A program made the position numbers and the translations under genes. The notes below the pieces were generated by a model. It searched no databases. It was given only the letters and a program-made list of their open reading frames with translations, and was not told the DNA's origin. 64,000 nucleotides of DNA from positions 40,052,001 through 40,116,000 of the forward strand of contig OX597817.1 in NCBI GenBank assembly GCA_951406725.2, in the 5' to 3' direction. The stretch's first letter is position 1, and each line of letters starts with the position of its first letter. Below are positions 1 to 13,269 of the stretch, piece by piece. The stretch is from Octopus vulgaris (lineage: Eukaryota).

Positions 1-40
<40 letters not shown>

Positions 41-44
<4 letters not shown>

Positions 45-202
45 ATCTTCTTTCAGTTTCCCTCTACCAAATCCACTGATAAGGCTTTGGTCAGCCCGAG
101 GCTATAGTAGAAGACACTTGCCCAAGATGCCACACAATGGGAATGAACCCAGAACCATGTGGTTGGGAAGCAAGCTTCTTACCACGTAGCTACTCCTGCA
201 CC
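41..202 (-). mobile_element. 5' half of tRNA-derived SINE family A (octopus OR-type-like)
   Basis: Reverse complement of the head of the full copies at 6950 and 44170. Confidence 0.8.
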
Positions 203-251
203 TATATAAAATATAGTAAAATATAGATATAAATACTTGTATTGTAGTTTC

Positions 252-332
252 AGTGACTTTGAAGTTTCAGCCAGCCAAGCCATCATCAGACAGTCCAATG
301 ATGGCTTAGCTGACCAAAACTTTGAAGTCACT
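252..332. ncRNA. Head-to-head pair of degenerate minimal hammerhead ribozymes forming a hairpin
   Basis: Minus strand CTGT-CTGATGA-TGGCTTGGCTGGCT-GAAAC-TTCAAA-GTC-ACTG; plus strand CAGT-CCAATGA-TGGCTTAGCTGACC-AAAAC-TTTGAA-GTC-ACTA. Confidence 0.6.
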
Positions 333-451
333 ATCAATATTATTCTTGTTAAATAATAATAAATTAGTCCTCCACCACATGTATCGAGTAGTCCTTTGAC
401 TTAATGTAAAACTGTTTTGACTACAGCTTAAAAACAAACATTAATATATAT

Positions 452-898
452 CATCATCATTATCATCGTTGTCATTTAATGTCCATTTTCCAAGCTGGCA
501 TGGGTTGGACGGTTTGACTGAGGGCTGGCAAGCCAGAAGGCTGCACCAGGCTCCAATCTGATCTGGCAGAGTTTCTACAGCTGGATGCCCTCCCTAATGC
601 CAACCACTCCAAGAGTGTAGTGGGTGCTTTTTACATGCCAACGGCACAAGGACCAGTCAGGTGGTATTGGCATCAACCATGCTCTGATGGTGCTTTTTAC
701 ATGCCACCAGCACAGGTACCAATCAGGCAGTACTGTCATCAGCCACAACAACGACTTCACTTGCCTCAACAGGTCTTCGCAAGCACAGATTATTGCCCAA
801 TGATTGAAGAGTACTCTTAAATGGGCTTGTTATTCTGCACTGGCATAGGCTATGGTTATGGTCTCACTTTGCTTGCCGGGTCTTCTCAAGCACAGCAT
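452..898 (-). mobile_element. Repeat family B: (GAT)n-tailed non-LTR retroelement (RTE-type 3' end) with internal ~45-50-bp tandem units
   Basis: Plus strand reads (CAT)n-TTTAATGTCCATTTTCCAAGCTGGCATGGGTTGG; unit GGTGCTTTTTACATGCCA; more than ten copies in the window. Confidence 0.75.
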
Positions 899-916
899 AA
901 TATATATATATATATA

Positions 917-969
<53 letters not shown>

Positions 970-1655
970 GAGCACACATATGTATGTGTATATATAAATA
1001 TGTATGTAAATGTTAAAGTAATGTTATTATTTTAAAGCATTTCTAAAAATAATAACCAAGCATTTACTGATGTTGTGACTCTATACTCAGAGTAGAGTCA
1101 AATTTATTGTGAAAATCCAGTTGACTGGGATTTCGCAATATGCATGTATGCATGTGCATGTTGCCTTCTTGGACATGTTGCCTTGAGGGTACAAATATAT
1201 CAAACAGTAGTAAGGACTCTGTAGCTTTAAATGATACAATGCAACCTCATTAGTATTGGTATCACAATAAAACGCACCCTGTACATTGTGTGAAGTACAT
1301 AACCTCATTATTGCTAGTGCCATGATAAAATGCACCATTGGGTGCATTTTATTAAAACACAAGCAATCTATAATGCAGTTAGTGAAAGATAGAGACAAGG
1401 TAGGGTTGAGAAAACTCTTTGGTCTTGATGTCATAACCACTTCTCTAGTGCTGGGGCTACAATAAAATGTATCCTGTACATTCCTGTAAAGTAGTTGATG
1501 ATAAGAAAGGCATCGAGCTAATGAAACATAGTAAAAAATTGCAGTGTATGAGTGGGACATGGTCTCTTGACTCATGTCATTGTGTAGTAACATCATATAG
1601 GAACCAACTTGGACTGTGAAGACTTGTCCAACACATACCAGCATAGAAAAGTGGA

Positions 1656-1873
1656 AAGCAGCGAGCTGGCAGAAACATTAGCACGCTGGGCAAAATGTTT
1701 AGTGGTATTTCATCTGCCGTTACGTTCTGAGTTCAAATTCCACCGAGGTCGACTTTGCCTTCCATCCTTTCGGGGTTGATTAAATAAGTACCAGTTATGC
1801 ACTGGAGTCAATGTAATCGACTTAATCCGTTTGTCCCCTTTGTGTTTAGCCCCTTCTGGGTAATAAACAAAAA
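1656..1873 (+). mobile_element. tRNA-derived SINE family C with Nin/Deu-like domain and 13-bp TSD
   Basis: B-box GAGTTCAAATTCC, TTCCATCCTTTCGGGGTTGAT...TAAGTACCAG domain; ATAGAAAAGTGGA duplicated at 1643-1655 and 1874-1886. Confidence 0.85.
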
Positions 1874-2667
1874 ATAGAAAAGTGGACATAAAAGTGATGG
1901 TGGTGGTGGTAGTGGTTCTAGGTGCTAGTGGGGGATAGAAGTCATCCTTGTTGTCATCATTATTGTCATTGTCTTCGCCTATGCTACCAATGCCATGGAA
2001 GGGGGGGGGCTTGTGGTGATCATAGTAGTAGCAGTGGCCGCAGTTTACTTTCATTGGCTAAGAACAGTCCCCCCAGTGAGGTTCTGGGGTACCATTGATT
2101 TGTCACTTTCATAAGCAAGCATTGCATATGTATTTCTTCCATTATGCTGTGGTGCTAAAACTTTCTCTCCTCGGATACAAAAACTTCAGTTTCACATACA
2201 ACAACACTTAACAAAGCAGAGATATGAGTGAAAGAACAACGCAAGTCCCACCATCATTAACTTCAAACGGTGTAAGCATTTATCATGAATCATAAAATGT
2301 CATAAATGTTGTAACAAAACAAGAAGAGTCTTTCAACTTAAAAGATGCTATCTCCATGTTCGTTCATGTGGCCAGAGTTTATCAGTGTTTATCACGTTTC
2401 CCAATAAGAGCCAATCTTAGAAAAACTAGAAAATTAGTTTAAGAGTAAATATAATCACCTTATCTAAATATAAAAGCTGATTGTTTTCACAGACTCTCTT
2501 GGTAGGTTTTCAGGAAGTGATGTTAACTCTTCACTAAAATTATTAATCTTAAACACAATTGTGCGAACTTAATATTTACAGATCTAACTTTTACTTAGAT
2601 AACTTTAAAACTGATGTCTGCTGATTAAAGTGGAAATTGTGCAAGCCAAATATCTAAACAGTATCTA

Positions 2668-2746
2668 CTTTCTTCTTCTTCTTCTTCTTCTTCTTCTTCT
2701 TCTTCTTCTTCTTCTTCTTCTTCTTCTTCTTCTTCTTCTTCTTCTT

Positions 2747-2777
<31 letters not shown>

Positions 2778-2825
2778 TCCTCCTCCTCCTCCCTCCTCCT
2801 CCTCCTCCCCCTCCTCCTCCTCCTC

Positions 2826-2863
<38 letters not shown>
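2668..2863. repeat. Compound trinucleotide microsatellite (TTC)n(TCC)n(TTA)n
   Basis: Read directly. Confidence 0.97.
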
Positions 2864-2865
<2 letters not shown>

Positions 2866-3529
2866 GAACCAAATTCAATCCCAACCTTACCATGGCCATC
2901 CATTGGTCTAGAACCACTTAATAATACTATGTTTATTTAAAACTGTGAAAATCTACGATGATGGTGATGGCAGTGGTAGTAGTGGTGTTGGCCACCACCA
3001 GTCATTCACTGTAGTGATGTTTGTAGTCACATTATCAAAAGCCATAAATAACCACACTTAAACAATACAAAAAACAAAAAAAAAAGAAAACAAATCAACA
3101 AAGAAAATTAGACCCAATAAAGTTGTCAAATTATTCCCCAATTGAAGAATTAACCATAAACAAAATGTCATATATTATCAGTGTTCAGATCCTGTCAGTC
3201 TGTTCACTGCCAACTTCATTCAGTACACGCACAGGTCAAAAGCAAGTCCAGACAAATAATTGGTAATAACTAATTTTGTCCTGGCAGATCTCTTTTCTAA
3301 AGGGCTACGAGAAATCACCCGTGATTCCATGGTGATTAATGTGTCCAAGAAATCTGTTTTGCTTGTAAAATTTGTTGTTGCTGTTGTTATGACAGCAATG
3401 GTCAGGCTGTGTCTAAGACAGTAGTTGCTATATCTATCAAATCTGCCTCTTTATCTATGTCTCTGTCTTTCTTTCTATGTATTTGTCAATCTCTCTCACC
3501 CCTTATCTTTCTCTCTCACCCCCTATCTT

Positions 3530-3587
<58 letters not shown>

Positions 3588-3714
3588 AATAGATAGATAG
3601 ATGTACATATACACATATATACATCTACATTACATATATATATATATGTATATATATATATACATACACACATACACGAGTACATATAAATAGATAGATA
3701 TATAAATATACTTG

Positions 3715-3770
<56 letters not shown>

Positions 3771-4173
3771 GTATGTATATATGTATATATATATATATAT
3801 ACATACCTACACATACGCATACACATGAGTACATATAAATAGATATATAATATACTTATATAATATATATATATATAAACTGTAAACAGAATTGTCAAGT
3901 GAAAAGAAATCTAGTGACAACGCATACTGGAATAATAATACACATTTTTTCATCACCTGGGACATAATTATATTTCTCTAAGGTAGACAAACAAATGTAC
4001 ATCTAGTTTTACATGCATTTATCTTACAGAAATGCAATTATGTCCTACATAATTAGAATATTAAATGTATTTTGTTTTCCTATGTTTGATTTGATTTGTT
4101 TTCAAATCATTTCGTATACAACTATATACTGTATATGTATGTGTGTGTAGGTTATATATATGTATATATATAA

Positions 4174-4211
<38 letters not shown>

Positions 4212-4218
4212 TGTATAC

Positions 4219-4253
<35 letters not shown>

Positions 4254-4309
4254 TACATACATACATACATACATACATACATACTCACACACACACACAT
4301 GACACACAT

Positions 4310-4940
4310 ATTGCCGTTAAGAGACTGGCAACAGTATAGTCACAGAGCTATCAATAAGAACAGGGACTACTACCATAAGCACTAACAAAATTAGGCTGTC
4401 AACAGGAATATTTCAAGGTGACAGCTTATTTGTAATGTTTTTCATTCTGGTAGTGAACCCCTTGTTGGCTTTGTTTTAAGGAAATGCGAAAGCTACACAA
4501 TGGGGTCTGCAGAGGACAGACTAAATTAATGTTGTCTACATCGTTTTTGTTGATAACCTCACGCTATACTCAAGTAACATCTGACATCAATAGACTGGTA
4601 AGTGTTAGTCACAACATTTTCGTGAGATGTTGGAATGAAGTTCTGTGAAGATAAGCGTTCATATTTGTTAACCAAATGAGGAAAGATTATAGTTGAAGCA
4701 GAGAATATGATCAGCAATGACAAATATCATGGAATTGATGAGAATATTGCATGCATTGGCAATATGAGCAAAACTAGTGACAAAAGTTACTGCAGCAGAC
4801 TACAGAAGGTGTAGAAGTCAGAGCTGATTGCAATAAGAATATGAATCCTGCATTGCTGTCAAAGTGCCAGTGTTAGTGCCAATATTTGTATTACTAGACT
4901 GGACACTCAAAGAGATCTGCAACTTAGACATCAGGGATGG
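4310..4940 (+). pseudogene. Degenerate reverse-transcriptase fragment of an R4/Dong-clade non-LTR retrotransposon
   Basis: Translates to GIFQGDSLFVMFFILVVNPLL, FVDNLTLYS (YxDD box) and DVGMKFCEDK, with stops and frameshifts. Confidence 0.72.
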
Positions 4941-5146
4941 GGATGAACTTGTTAAAGGGTTCTTGTTTTTTTGTTTTTTTTTTGGTTGATTGTGTTTTTA
5001 TTACATATATTGATATTGTGTGATTGTCTTTCATTGGTAGTCCTATTATGGCTAGGATAATACTTAATTATGGGTTTCTAGTTTTGGGAGGTTTTGTTGC
5101 ATATATATATATAAATGTAATATGTGACAATTATTCGGTAGCCATT

Positions 5147-5205
5147 ATAAAACTCCGGGTTTCGGATGCCGGAGTGGACATCCATGCCGTCATCTCTTCA
5201 GTTAT
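5147..5205 (-). ncRNA. Hammerhead-like motif (CUGAAGA core) in a ~105-bp repeat; second copy at 55056-55114
   Basis: Minus strand ATAA-CTGAAGA-GATG...CATCC-GAAAC-CCGGA-GTT-TTAT. Confidence 0.55.
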
Positions 5206-6949
5206 CCAGCCATTGGAAAAAATGCAATATATATATATATATATTGTGTGTGTGTGTGCATGCATGTGTCTGCTGTGTACACATATTATTTTACTTCCGT
5301 TTTTCTCTACTTACATAGGTTGAATTGAGCTTCTCTAACAGAACCTTTCCAGTTTGTACAACCTTTTTATCATCTCCTTCACAAAGTTCAGCTTCCTGAT
5401 ATATGTTTCCATTACCTCTTCCCATAACTTCTTTGGTCATCCACTCCAACAGGTTCCTTTCATTTGGATCATAGGCACTTCTTTACCCTATTTACCATCC
5501 TCCATACATGCCGTCCAAGAATTTGGACCTGGAGGTCTCCATTTCTAGTGACTTCAAGAGCCACCTCCCAGTGGTGTCTGGCGTCAACAAAGAGCCCTTG
5601 ACTACAACAAGACGACCAAAGTTTTTGGGGGTTTTTTTTTCAAGGTCTGGGGTCCCCTGCCCCTAAACCCTAGACCATCACCTAATCACCCTTACCCGTC
5701 TTGTTGCTTAACAACAACAACAATCCTCCATACACATCACATATCCATACCAAATCAGTCTTCTCTCTTGCACACTACATCTTACTCCAGTTATAATCAG
5801 ATTTTTTTTGTCTCAGTTTGATTCTGATTTATCATTCATCCTTCATAGATACTGACATTACACATTCAATCATTCCCAGTTTATCAAATGGTTCAGTTAC
5901 TTTTTGATGTATAGAAAAGTTAATTCATATAGTTGAGTAATTTAAGTACTAGACAGCTGATCTGAAGGTTATGGGTTCAAACCATGCTGCAGTTTTTGCT
6001 TTATATCCTTTAGAATGTCATAGTTCTCTTGGTGCATCAATTTTACCTCATTGAAAATAATTACCGTTCGCATTACAAAATTAATTTCTTTAAAACAAGA
6101 TTTTTCAACTTTAGCTTTAGTAAATTATTCAAAATCTGTATTTCCTGAATTATTGAAGTCATGCCAAAATAGATATCTTACTTCACACTATCAATAAAAA
6201 GAAGAGAGAAATATACTCCAAATTAGATTTTTTTTTCCTGTTTTTTAATATAATATCTAAAAGAAATTTCAAGTGCAATAAAAAGAAATTAACTATCACA
6301 CCAATATTGGTCACAAGGTTTGGTGCAACTCTGAAAAAAAGAGAATATGATACCTCTTATAAGTATAATTGTGAACATCCATTTCCAAGTAGGAGCTTCT
6401 ATTTGATTATTTGATCTGATATAAATAGTAACCAAATCTCCCTCAAACCACACAGTTAGTCCTAGGAAATGAGAAGACATTAGATCTTTGGATAATAGAG
6501 TCCTTAGTACCTCTTAAAAGACAAATATCCATAGCTGAAATCCTGTTGACCATAGATCTGCTTCATCTCAAGGTGTGGCAAGAGAGGGACAAGGGCTGCA
6601 GTTACACCCAGATGAAAGTGTGAGTGGAGCACAAATTTTCCTCTCACTCATAATGTCTATTAATTATGATTGTAAGTAGAGGGGCATCAAAATTGTCTCT
6701 GCCTCTGGGTGCTGAAAACCCTTGATACATCACTGGTTCAATCAGGATGGCTCTATACTTTAACAAGAAATAATATTTTGTGGTGATGTTATAAGTCAAC
6801 AAGAAAACCTTTAAGCGAATAAGGAAGCCTTCATATTGTCACTCAACTTATTAGAAGTGACAACCAAATTCTCCTTCAAATCATGCTTTACCAGCTTTAA
6901 AAACAAAGGACATTTGAATTATGCGTTTCTTGATAGCTATAAACAGACA

Positions 6950-7341
6950 GGCGCAGGAGTGGCTGTGTGGTAGGTAGCTTGCTTACCAACCACATGGTTC
7001 CAGGTTCAGTCTCACTGTGTGGCACCTTGGGCAAGTATCTTCTACTATAGCCTCGGGCTGACCAAAGCCTTGTGAGTGGATTTGGTAGATGGAAACTGAA
7101 AGAAGCCCATCATATGTATATGTATATATATATGTGTGTGTATTTGTGTCTGTGTTTGTCCCCCCAACATCACTTGACAACCGATGCTGGTGTGTTTACG
7201 TCCCTGTAACTTAGCAGTTTGGCAAAAGAAACCAATAGAATAAGTACTAAGCTTACATAGAATAAGTCTTGGGGTCGATTTGCTTGACTAAAGGTGGTGC
7301 TCCAGAATGGCCAGTCAAATGACAGAAACAAGTAAAAGAGA
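6950..7341 (+). mobile_element. Full-length tRNA-derived SINE family A with internal (TA/TG)n tract
   Basis: A-box TGGCTGTGTGG, B-box GGTTCAGTC, CORE-like CACCTTGGGCAAGT, 3' end GAAACAAGTAAAAGAG; many similar copies in the window. Confidence 0.88.
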
Positions 7342-8871
7342 CAAAAAGGTCTTGGCTGAAATGCATTTCATCATAAGTTTGTTCAATCAACGTTGATGAA
7401 GAATTAAAGAACAACAATCTGTCTTATACAGAAAAATTAATTCTTAAATTTTTCTTTAATCCAGTCAACATTTTTCAGAGTAGCAAATGTTCGTGATGTT
7501 GTGGAAAGCCAGACCAGTGAACTTCATTTGAATAAAGTCTCTCACTAAAGAATGATGATATACATGTCACATACTTCCGAAAGATGTCTCGTGTAATAAA
7601 TATTAAATGGTTAAGAAGCATCACTTTTCTGCCAAACTTTTACAAGAAAATTGAAACTGAGCTGTGCAAGAGAACTAAACAATGATTAATTATACATCAG
7701 GTTTTATATTAATTATATAAAAGAATTCTGAGATCAGTTGACTTGGTAACAATAATAGCCAAGTCTTCCTTAAATCACATCTAACATCTTAAAACATAAT
7801 GCAAAAAAAAAAAATGGAAAGGGATACATTGAGTAATATAGATATTTTCTAATTATACTGGATGATCATGGATGGAATGTCTTTGAACATAGGTCTACTC
7901 AAGGGGAAAAAGCAATTGCTATCACACCCTTATACCTTGCAGAGGTAACCCTCCTAGATTAAGAAACATTAGTATAAACTATTGACCAATCAGGTGGCCG
8001 ATACTGGCCAGTTGTGTCTCTTGTTCAAAATACAAACCAAAATGCTGAAGGAAATTCCTAGTGTGTATCTTTTTCTTGTTTCCAACATTGGACTGCAGTC
8101 ATGCCTGTGCATACCTTGAAGGCAGGACGTGCCACCTAGGTAGGCAAGGTAGGCAGTGCCAATCTTGAATAAAATAGATCGACATTTTCCTTTTATGGAA
8201 AAATATGCCCCTAATTCAATAAAATTATGAAGGTTAATCTTATTAATATTCAATCACAAGGCACTGATCAGCCTGGAGCTAAATTGGAAGACAGTTGCCC
8301 AAGGTTGGTACCTTGGGCAATTGTGACACTGAAGCCGAATCCATGTAATTACAAACCAAGCTTCTTAACCACAAGAGAACTGTAAACATTTGAACATACA
8401 TATGTTGAGAGGGATTTTTCTAGCACCTTCCACAAGTTGTTGTTTCTTAATGGCTGTGTAAATCATCGTTATTATTCCAAAATGACTCAAATGACTAAAT
8501 TGTATTAAAGAAATTAATAGAAGATATCACTGTAAATGTAATAACTAATCACATCTAATCAATAATCAATAATCATTGATAAACTTCTAAATTGAAGTAA
8601 TATGGCTTATCGTACCATGGACTAGAACTACCATCTTAATTTGCCTAACTATGTGAAAGTGAAAGTAAAGAGAGATAGAGAGTGAGAGAGAGAGAAGGAA
8701 AGGGAGATTGTGTGTGTGTGTGTGTGAGAGAGAGAGTTTGTGAATGGCTTTCATAAAATGCATCCATTATTTAGATATTTTCTTGCTGAATATTTTGGGA
8801 GATTTTTACCAAAAATATGACACCTATCAATAGATACTGGTTGCTAGGTGACACACCTAATTGATGGCACA

Positions 8872-9235
8872 TGTGATGTTCTCAATTTTATACTCTTACT
8901 TACACATTCATATGATATTCTTCAGTTTACAGAAACGCACATACACAGACATGATGTTCTCAGTTGCACACAGACACACACACTCACACATGCACACATT
9001 TGTATGATGTTCTCAACTTTACACGTACATGCATACACACACACATGATGTTCTCAAGTTTACATATATACACACCTATGATTGTTATCAACTTCACACA
9101 TGCACACACACACACACACACGTATGTGTGCACACATACATGCACACACACTTACATGCGATGCTCATACACACATGTTTGATATTCTCAACTGTACACA
9201 CACATGCATTTGATGTTCTCAGTTTTACAAACTAA
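8872..9235. repeat. Minisatellite of TGATGTTCTCAA/GTTTACAC units separated by variable (CA)n spacers
   Basis: About 8 units read directly. Confidence 0.8.
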
Positions 9236-10124
9236 CACACATGTATACACACACACACGCATACAGGCATACATATAAAGTCATACATACACACACCAGG
9301 ACATAAATATTTCTAAGTCATTTGCACACACACATACACACACACACACACATACATACAAGCATACATATAAAATCATGCATACACATACACACATCAG
9401 TACATAATTGTTTCTAAGTTATTTGCGCGCACACACACACACATACACACATACAAGCAAGTTATACATACACACATCAGCACATAAATATTTCTAAGTC
9501 ATTCGTACACACACACACGAAAATGTCACCCTTTTTACCATAAACACTATGATAGATTTTTCTCTATCAAATTTATTTCTCTGATTTACCTTTTTTAAAA
9601 GATCCAATAAAGGAGCCTCTGTATGGTACCCTTATCTGCTAGAAATAACAGTCAAATTTCTTTTCAATCACACATTTCTGTCATAAAATAACAATTCACA
9701 CTGAATAATATAATCTCAGATATGACCTTATAGCTGAAAAATTAATGCCTTGATAATAGATCTGCTGTGTCAGGCATGAGCTGGCACTAAAGCAATAAGA
9801 ACAGAACTTATTTTATGCATTAGCCTTTCTACAGCCCATCTGTTATAGATATTGTGTACATATTTATGCATGTGTGTGCTTGCATGTAGGTATGTGTAAG
9901 TACCTATGTATATGTGTGTATGTAATGTATGTATTTATGTATGTGTGTATACATGTATATCGATATGAGTGTGTATGTAGTATGTAATATATGTATATGG
10001 TATGTATGTATATATGTAGGATGTGATGTATGCATGTAGTGTATGTATGTTTGTATGTATCACACACAGAAGACATGTTTTGGATACTAGAATGTATACA
10101 ATGCCTCCACTAAAATACAAGAAG

Positions 10125-10225
<101 letters not shown>

Positions 10226-10343
10226 ATTATAATTAGGTTTCAGCTAACTGCTTCTCCACATACTGAAATTAGAAATAGGAGTTAAAAATTCCTTTTCTAC
10301 TACTATAAGAATCTCCATGACGGTAAACATACTATTATTAATT

Positions 10344-10412
<69 letters not shown>

Positions 10413-13269
10413 ACAACATATGTATAAGACATGGTAAGGAAAGCAAATTGATGCACATACATTACTAAGAATACGCTTATATTTGGCCAACAAAAATAAA
10501 ATTGTTGTATATATATGTAGTTAGATCCTCTATAGATTAAGCACTTCTGTAAGGGGTCCCAATATTCTCACAACTAACCACAATAAACAACAAATAAAAT
10601 TGTGCACTTTACTTCATCGCTGGTTGCACAAAGTCCATATTGCCATTATAACACAAACAAAATCCTAAAATGGAAAGAGCACTTGGGCTTGCATGGAGTA
10701 AAAAGAATTAAATTTATTGCTGCAACAACATACTTCTTGTCAGCAAATGCACAGTCAACTTCAAACAGACACATCTATAACACCATGACCCAGTAAAGGA
10801 GCCTCTTCATGGTTGTTTAACCAACTAGAAATAGCAACCAAATCTCACCCAAATCAGATATTGCATATGCAGTATGATTCTTTGCAAGATGGAGGCATGG
10901 TATATCTAAATCAATATAACAGATCTATAGGTTATATCTAATCATTTGGACTTTTTTTCATCTTTTGTTCAGGAAGGAAGCTAATACCCATAATATATTA
11001 CAGGACCTCTAAGACTTGTGGGAGGAATGAAGGTGTCCTTAAATTGGAAACATGATTCAAATGCTTGAAAGCTAGTGGACTTTGTTAAAGACTGCCAAAG
11101 TACCTGGTGACCATGTTGAAACTAGGTGATGGATTAAATCTACCACTCAAGTAGGCTATGGTGGGATTTGAACTCAGAACACAAAGAGCCAGAACAAATA
11201 TTGCAATGTATGACCCTATGTCATTGCAAGCAGAGACAGACACCAGCCCAACTCTAACTCTCTTTGACCAAGGATTACAACCCGGATACAACAGCTGGAG
11301 GGAACAAGTACTGTACCCACACTTTGCTTGTACTCATTTTTAGCATCCCGTTCAGAGAGATTTTGTTGTGTCTGGGGATAGTCATTATGCCAATATTAAC
11401 AACTAATAATAATAAATGAGTGGAATTGAACCGGTGTGTGTGTTAATTATATTGGCATGATGACGCTTTGTGGACACAACAAAATTTGTTTCAACACACA
11501 GATTCACATAAAGAATCTTGCAAACCAAATACAAAAATGAAACTCAGAAGGATTGTTATGATCTTGATCACTTACACACTATGGAAACCGAGAAACTGGC
11601 CTTATGAATCCCAGGGTTAATCTACATGGTTAATCTACAGGATTAATCTCAGGTTTAATCTACAGCCTTGCTACTTTCTTTATTGATCCTAAAAGGATGA
11701 TGGACAAAGTTGACTTTGATAGGATTTGAAATCAGAATACAAAGAACATGTACTGTGAGGCATTTGGTTTGAAAAGTTTTGCTTTTCTGCCTATCTGGGA
11801 TTGGTACTTTTTTATTGTCCCCAATAGGATATAAGTCAAAGTTGAACATGACAAAATTAGAACTCAGATTGTAGCAAATTTGAAGAAATACTATGAAACA
11901 CTATGTCCAATGTGTTAATGTCTCTGCCAATATAAACACCTACAGACACCCACCAACAGCTAAATGTTTGCTCTATCAGAGATGACCTGGGGCTAAATCA
12001 ACAACTTTTATTCGTTAGCACTCTAATTAAACACCCAATGGTGATTTGTATTCTTCATTCCGCCCCCCCCCCATCTCTCTCTCTTTCTTGTTCCCCTCTT
12101 CCCTTCTCCTGCATTTCTCTCTTCTTTTTGTCTCTCCCTCTCCTTCTCCCCCTATCTTTCCCTCTCTTTTGCACTCACTCTCCTCTTCTGTCTTCCTCCT
12201 TCTCACTCCCTCTCTCTCTTTCTCTCTTTTCTGGAAGTACATTCAACATTCAGATGTCAATCTACTAACTTTGATGTTTTTACAAAAAAAAATCTACTTA
12301 TTGCACCCATCAATGTTCTGCCATATCATCATCTTCATTGCCTCCTCATTCCTCGGGCACCTTAACTAAAAACATTTTTTTTTTTTTTTTTACTGTTTTA
12401 CCATTTCTTCTTTCCCAAATCTCCAACTTCTTTCACACAAATCTATTTTTTGCCCTCCAACTAACATTCTTCAATAATTCCCATTAAAGACTTAGAACAT
12501 TAATCAATCTCACACACCTACATACACACAACATAGACATGCACACACTCAAACACATATATATATTTTCATACATATATACACATATACTTATTCACAC
12601 ATGCACGTACACCACTTCTTGGATGTATAACTGTGTATCAATGTGCACCCAACACCAAAGAGAATTAATTTATGTACTTACAAATGTATTCTTTTTTTAG
12701 TCTGTCTAACCAATAGATATTTCAATATTTTTCCAAAGACACCAGCAAAGCCAGTCTCCCCTGCTGTTGTTGTTGATTAATCACAGGAAACCAATTGCTT
12801 TGAACAAAAACAGAGATTTTGTTTGTTTGTTTGTTTGTTTGTTTGTTTGTTTGTTTGTTTGTTTGTTGGTTGTTTGTTATGGGTAGGAAATAGCAGGCCA
12901 GGTCAACAAATAACTTTATGAAATTATTCAGCATGTACAAACATGTTGCTGTTTTTATTGTTCCTCTTTGTTGAAGTTAATAACATTTAATTTTGTATTT
13001 TCTATACTTGTTTACTTATACTAATGTGTGTGCGCGTGTGTGTGCATTGATATATATATATATATATATACATATACCTAGTGTATATATATATATATTT
13101 ACATACATAGTTATTTATAAACACATATGTATGTATGTATGTATGTACCGATCTAGCTAGCAAGCTAGCTACATATATCTATATGTATGTAGGAATATGT
13201 CTTTATTAATTTATATATTAATAAATTATTTAATTCATGTTGTCTTCAATTTTTTCATATGATTTAAAG

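Noticed and set aside
1087-1644. 185-aa minus-strand ORF
   Set aside because: Overlaps a decayed family-B repeat; no recognisable domain or splice support.
2630-2917. Poly-L/P/Y and poly-K/E/R/I ORFs
   Set aside because: Translation of the trinucleotide microsatellite; no splice or coding context.
6950-7030. tRNA gene
   Set aside because: The A/B boxes belong to a SINE head that continues into the SINE body; there is no intact cloverleaf.
8872-9235. CRISPR-like repeat-spacer appearance
   Set aside because: Eukaryotic context, degenerate repeats, (CA)n spacers of variable length, and no cas genes.
11612-11666. Four tandem GGTTAATCTACA-like units as a possible homeodomain (TAATC) site cluster
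   Set aside because: Sits at the edge of a decayed SINE C fragment; local slippage explains it adequately.
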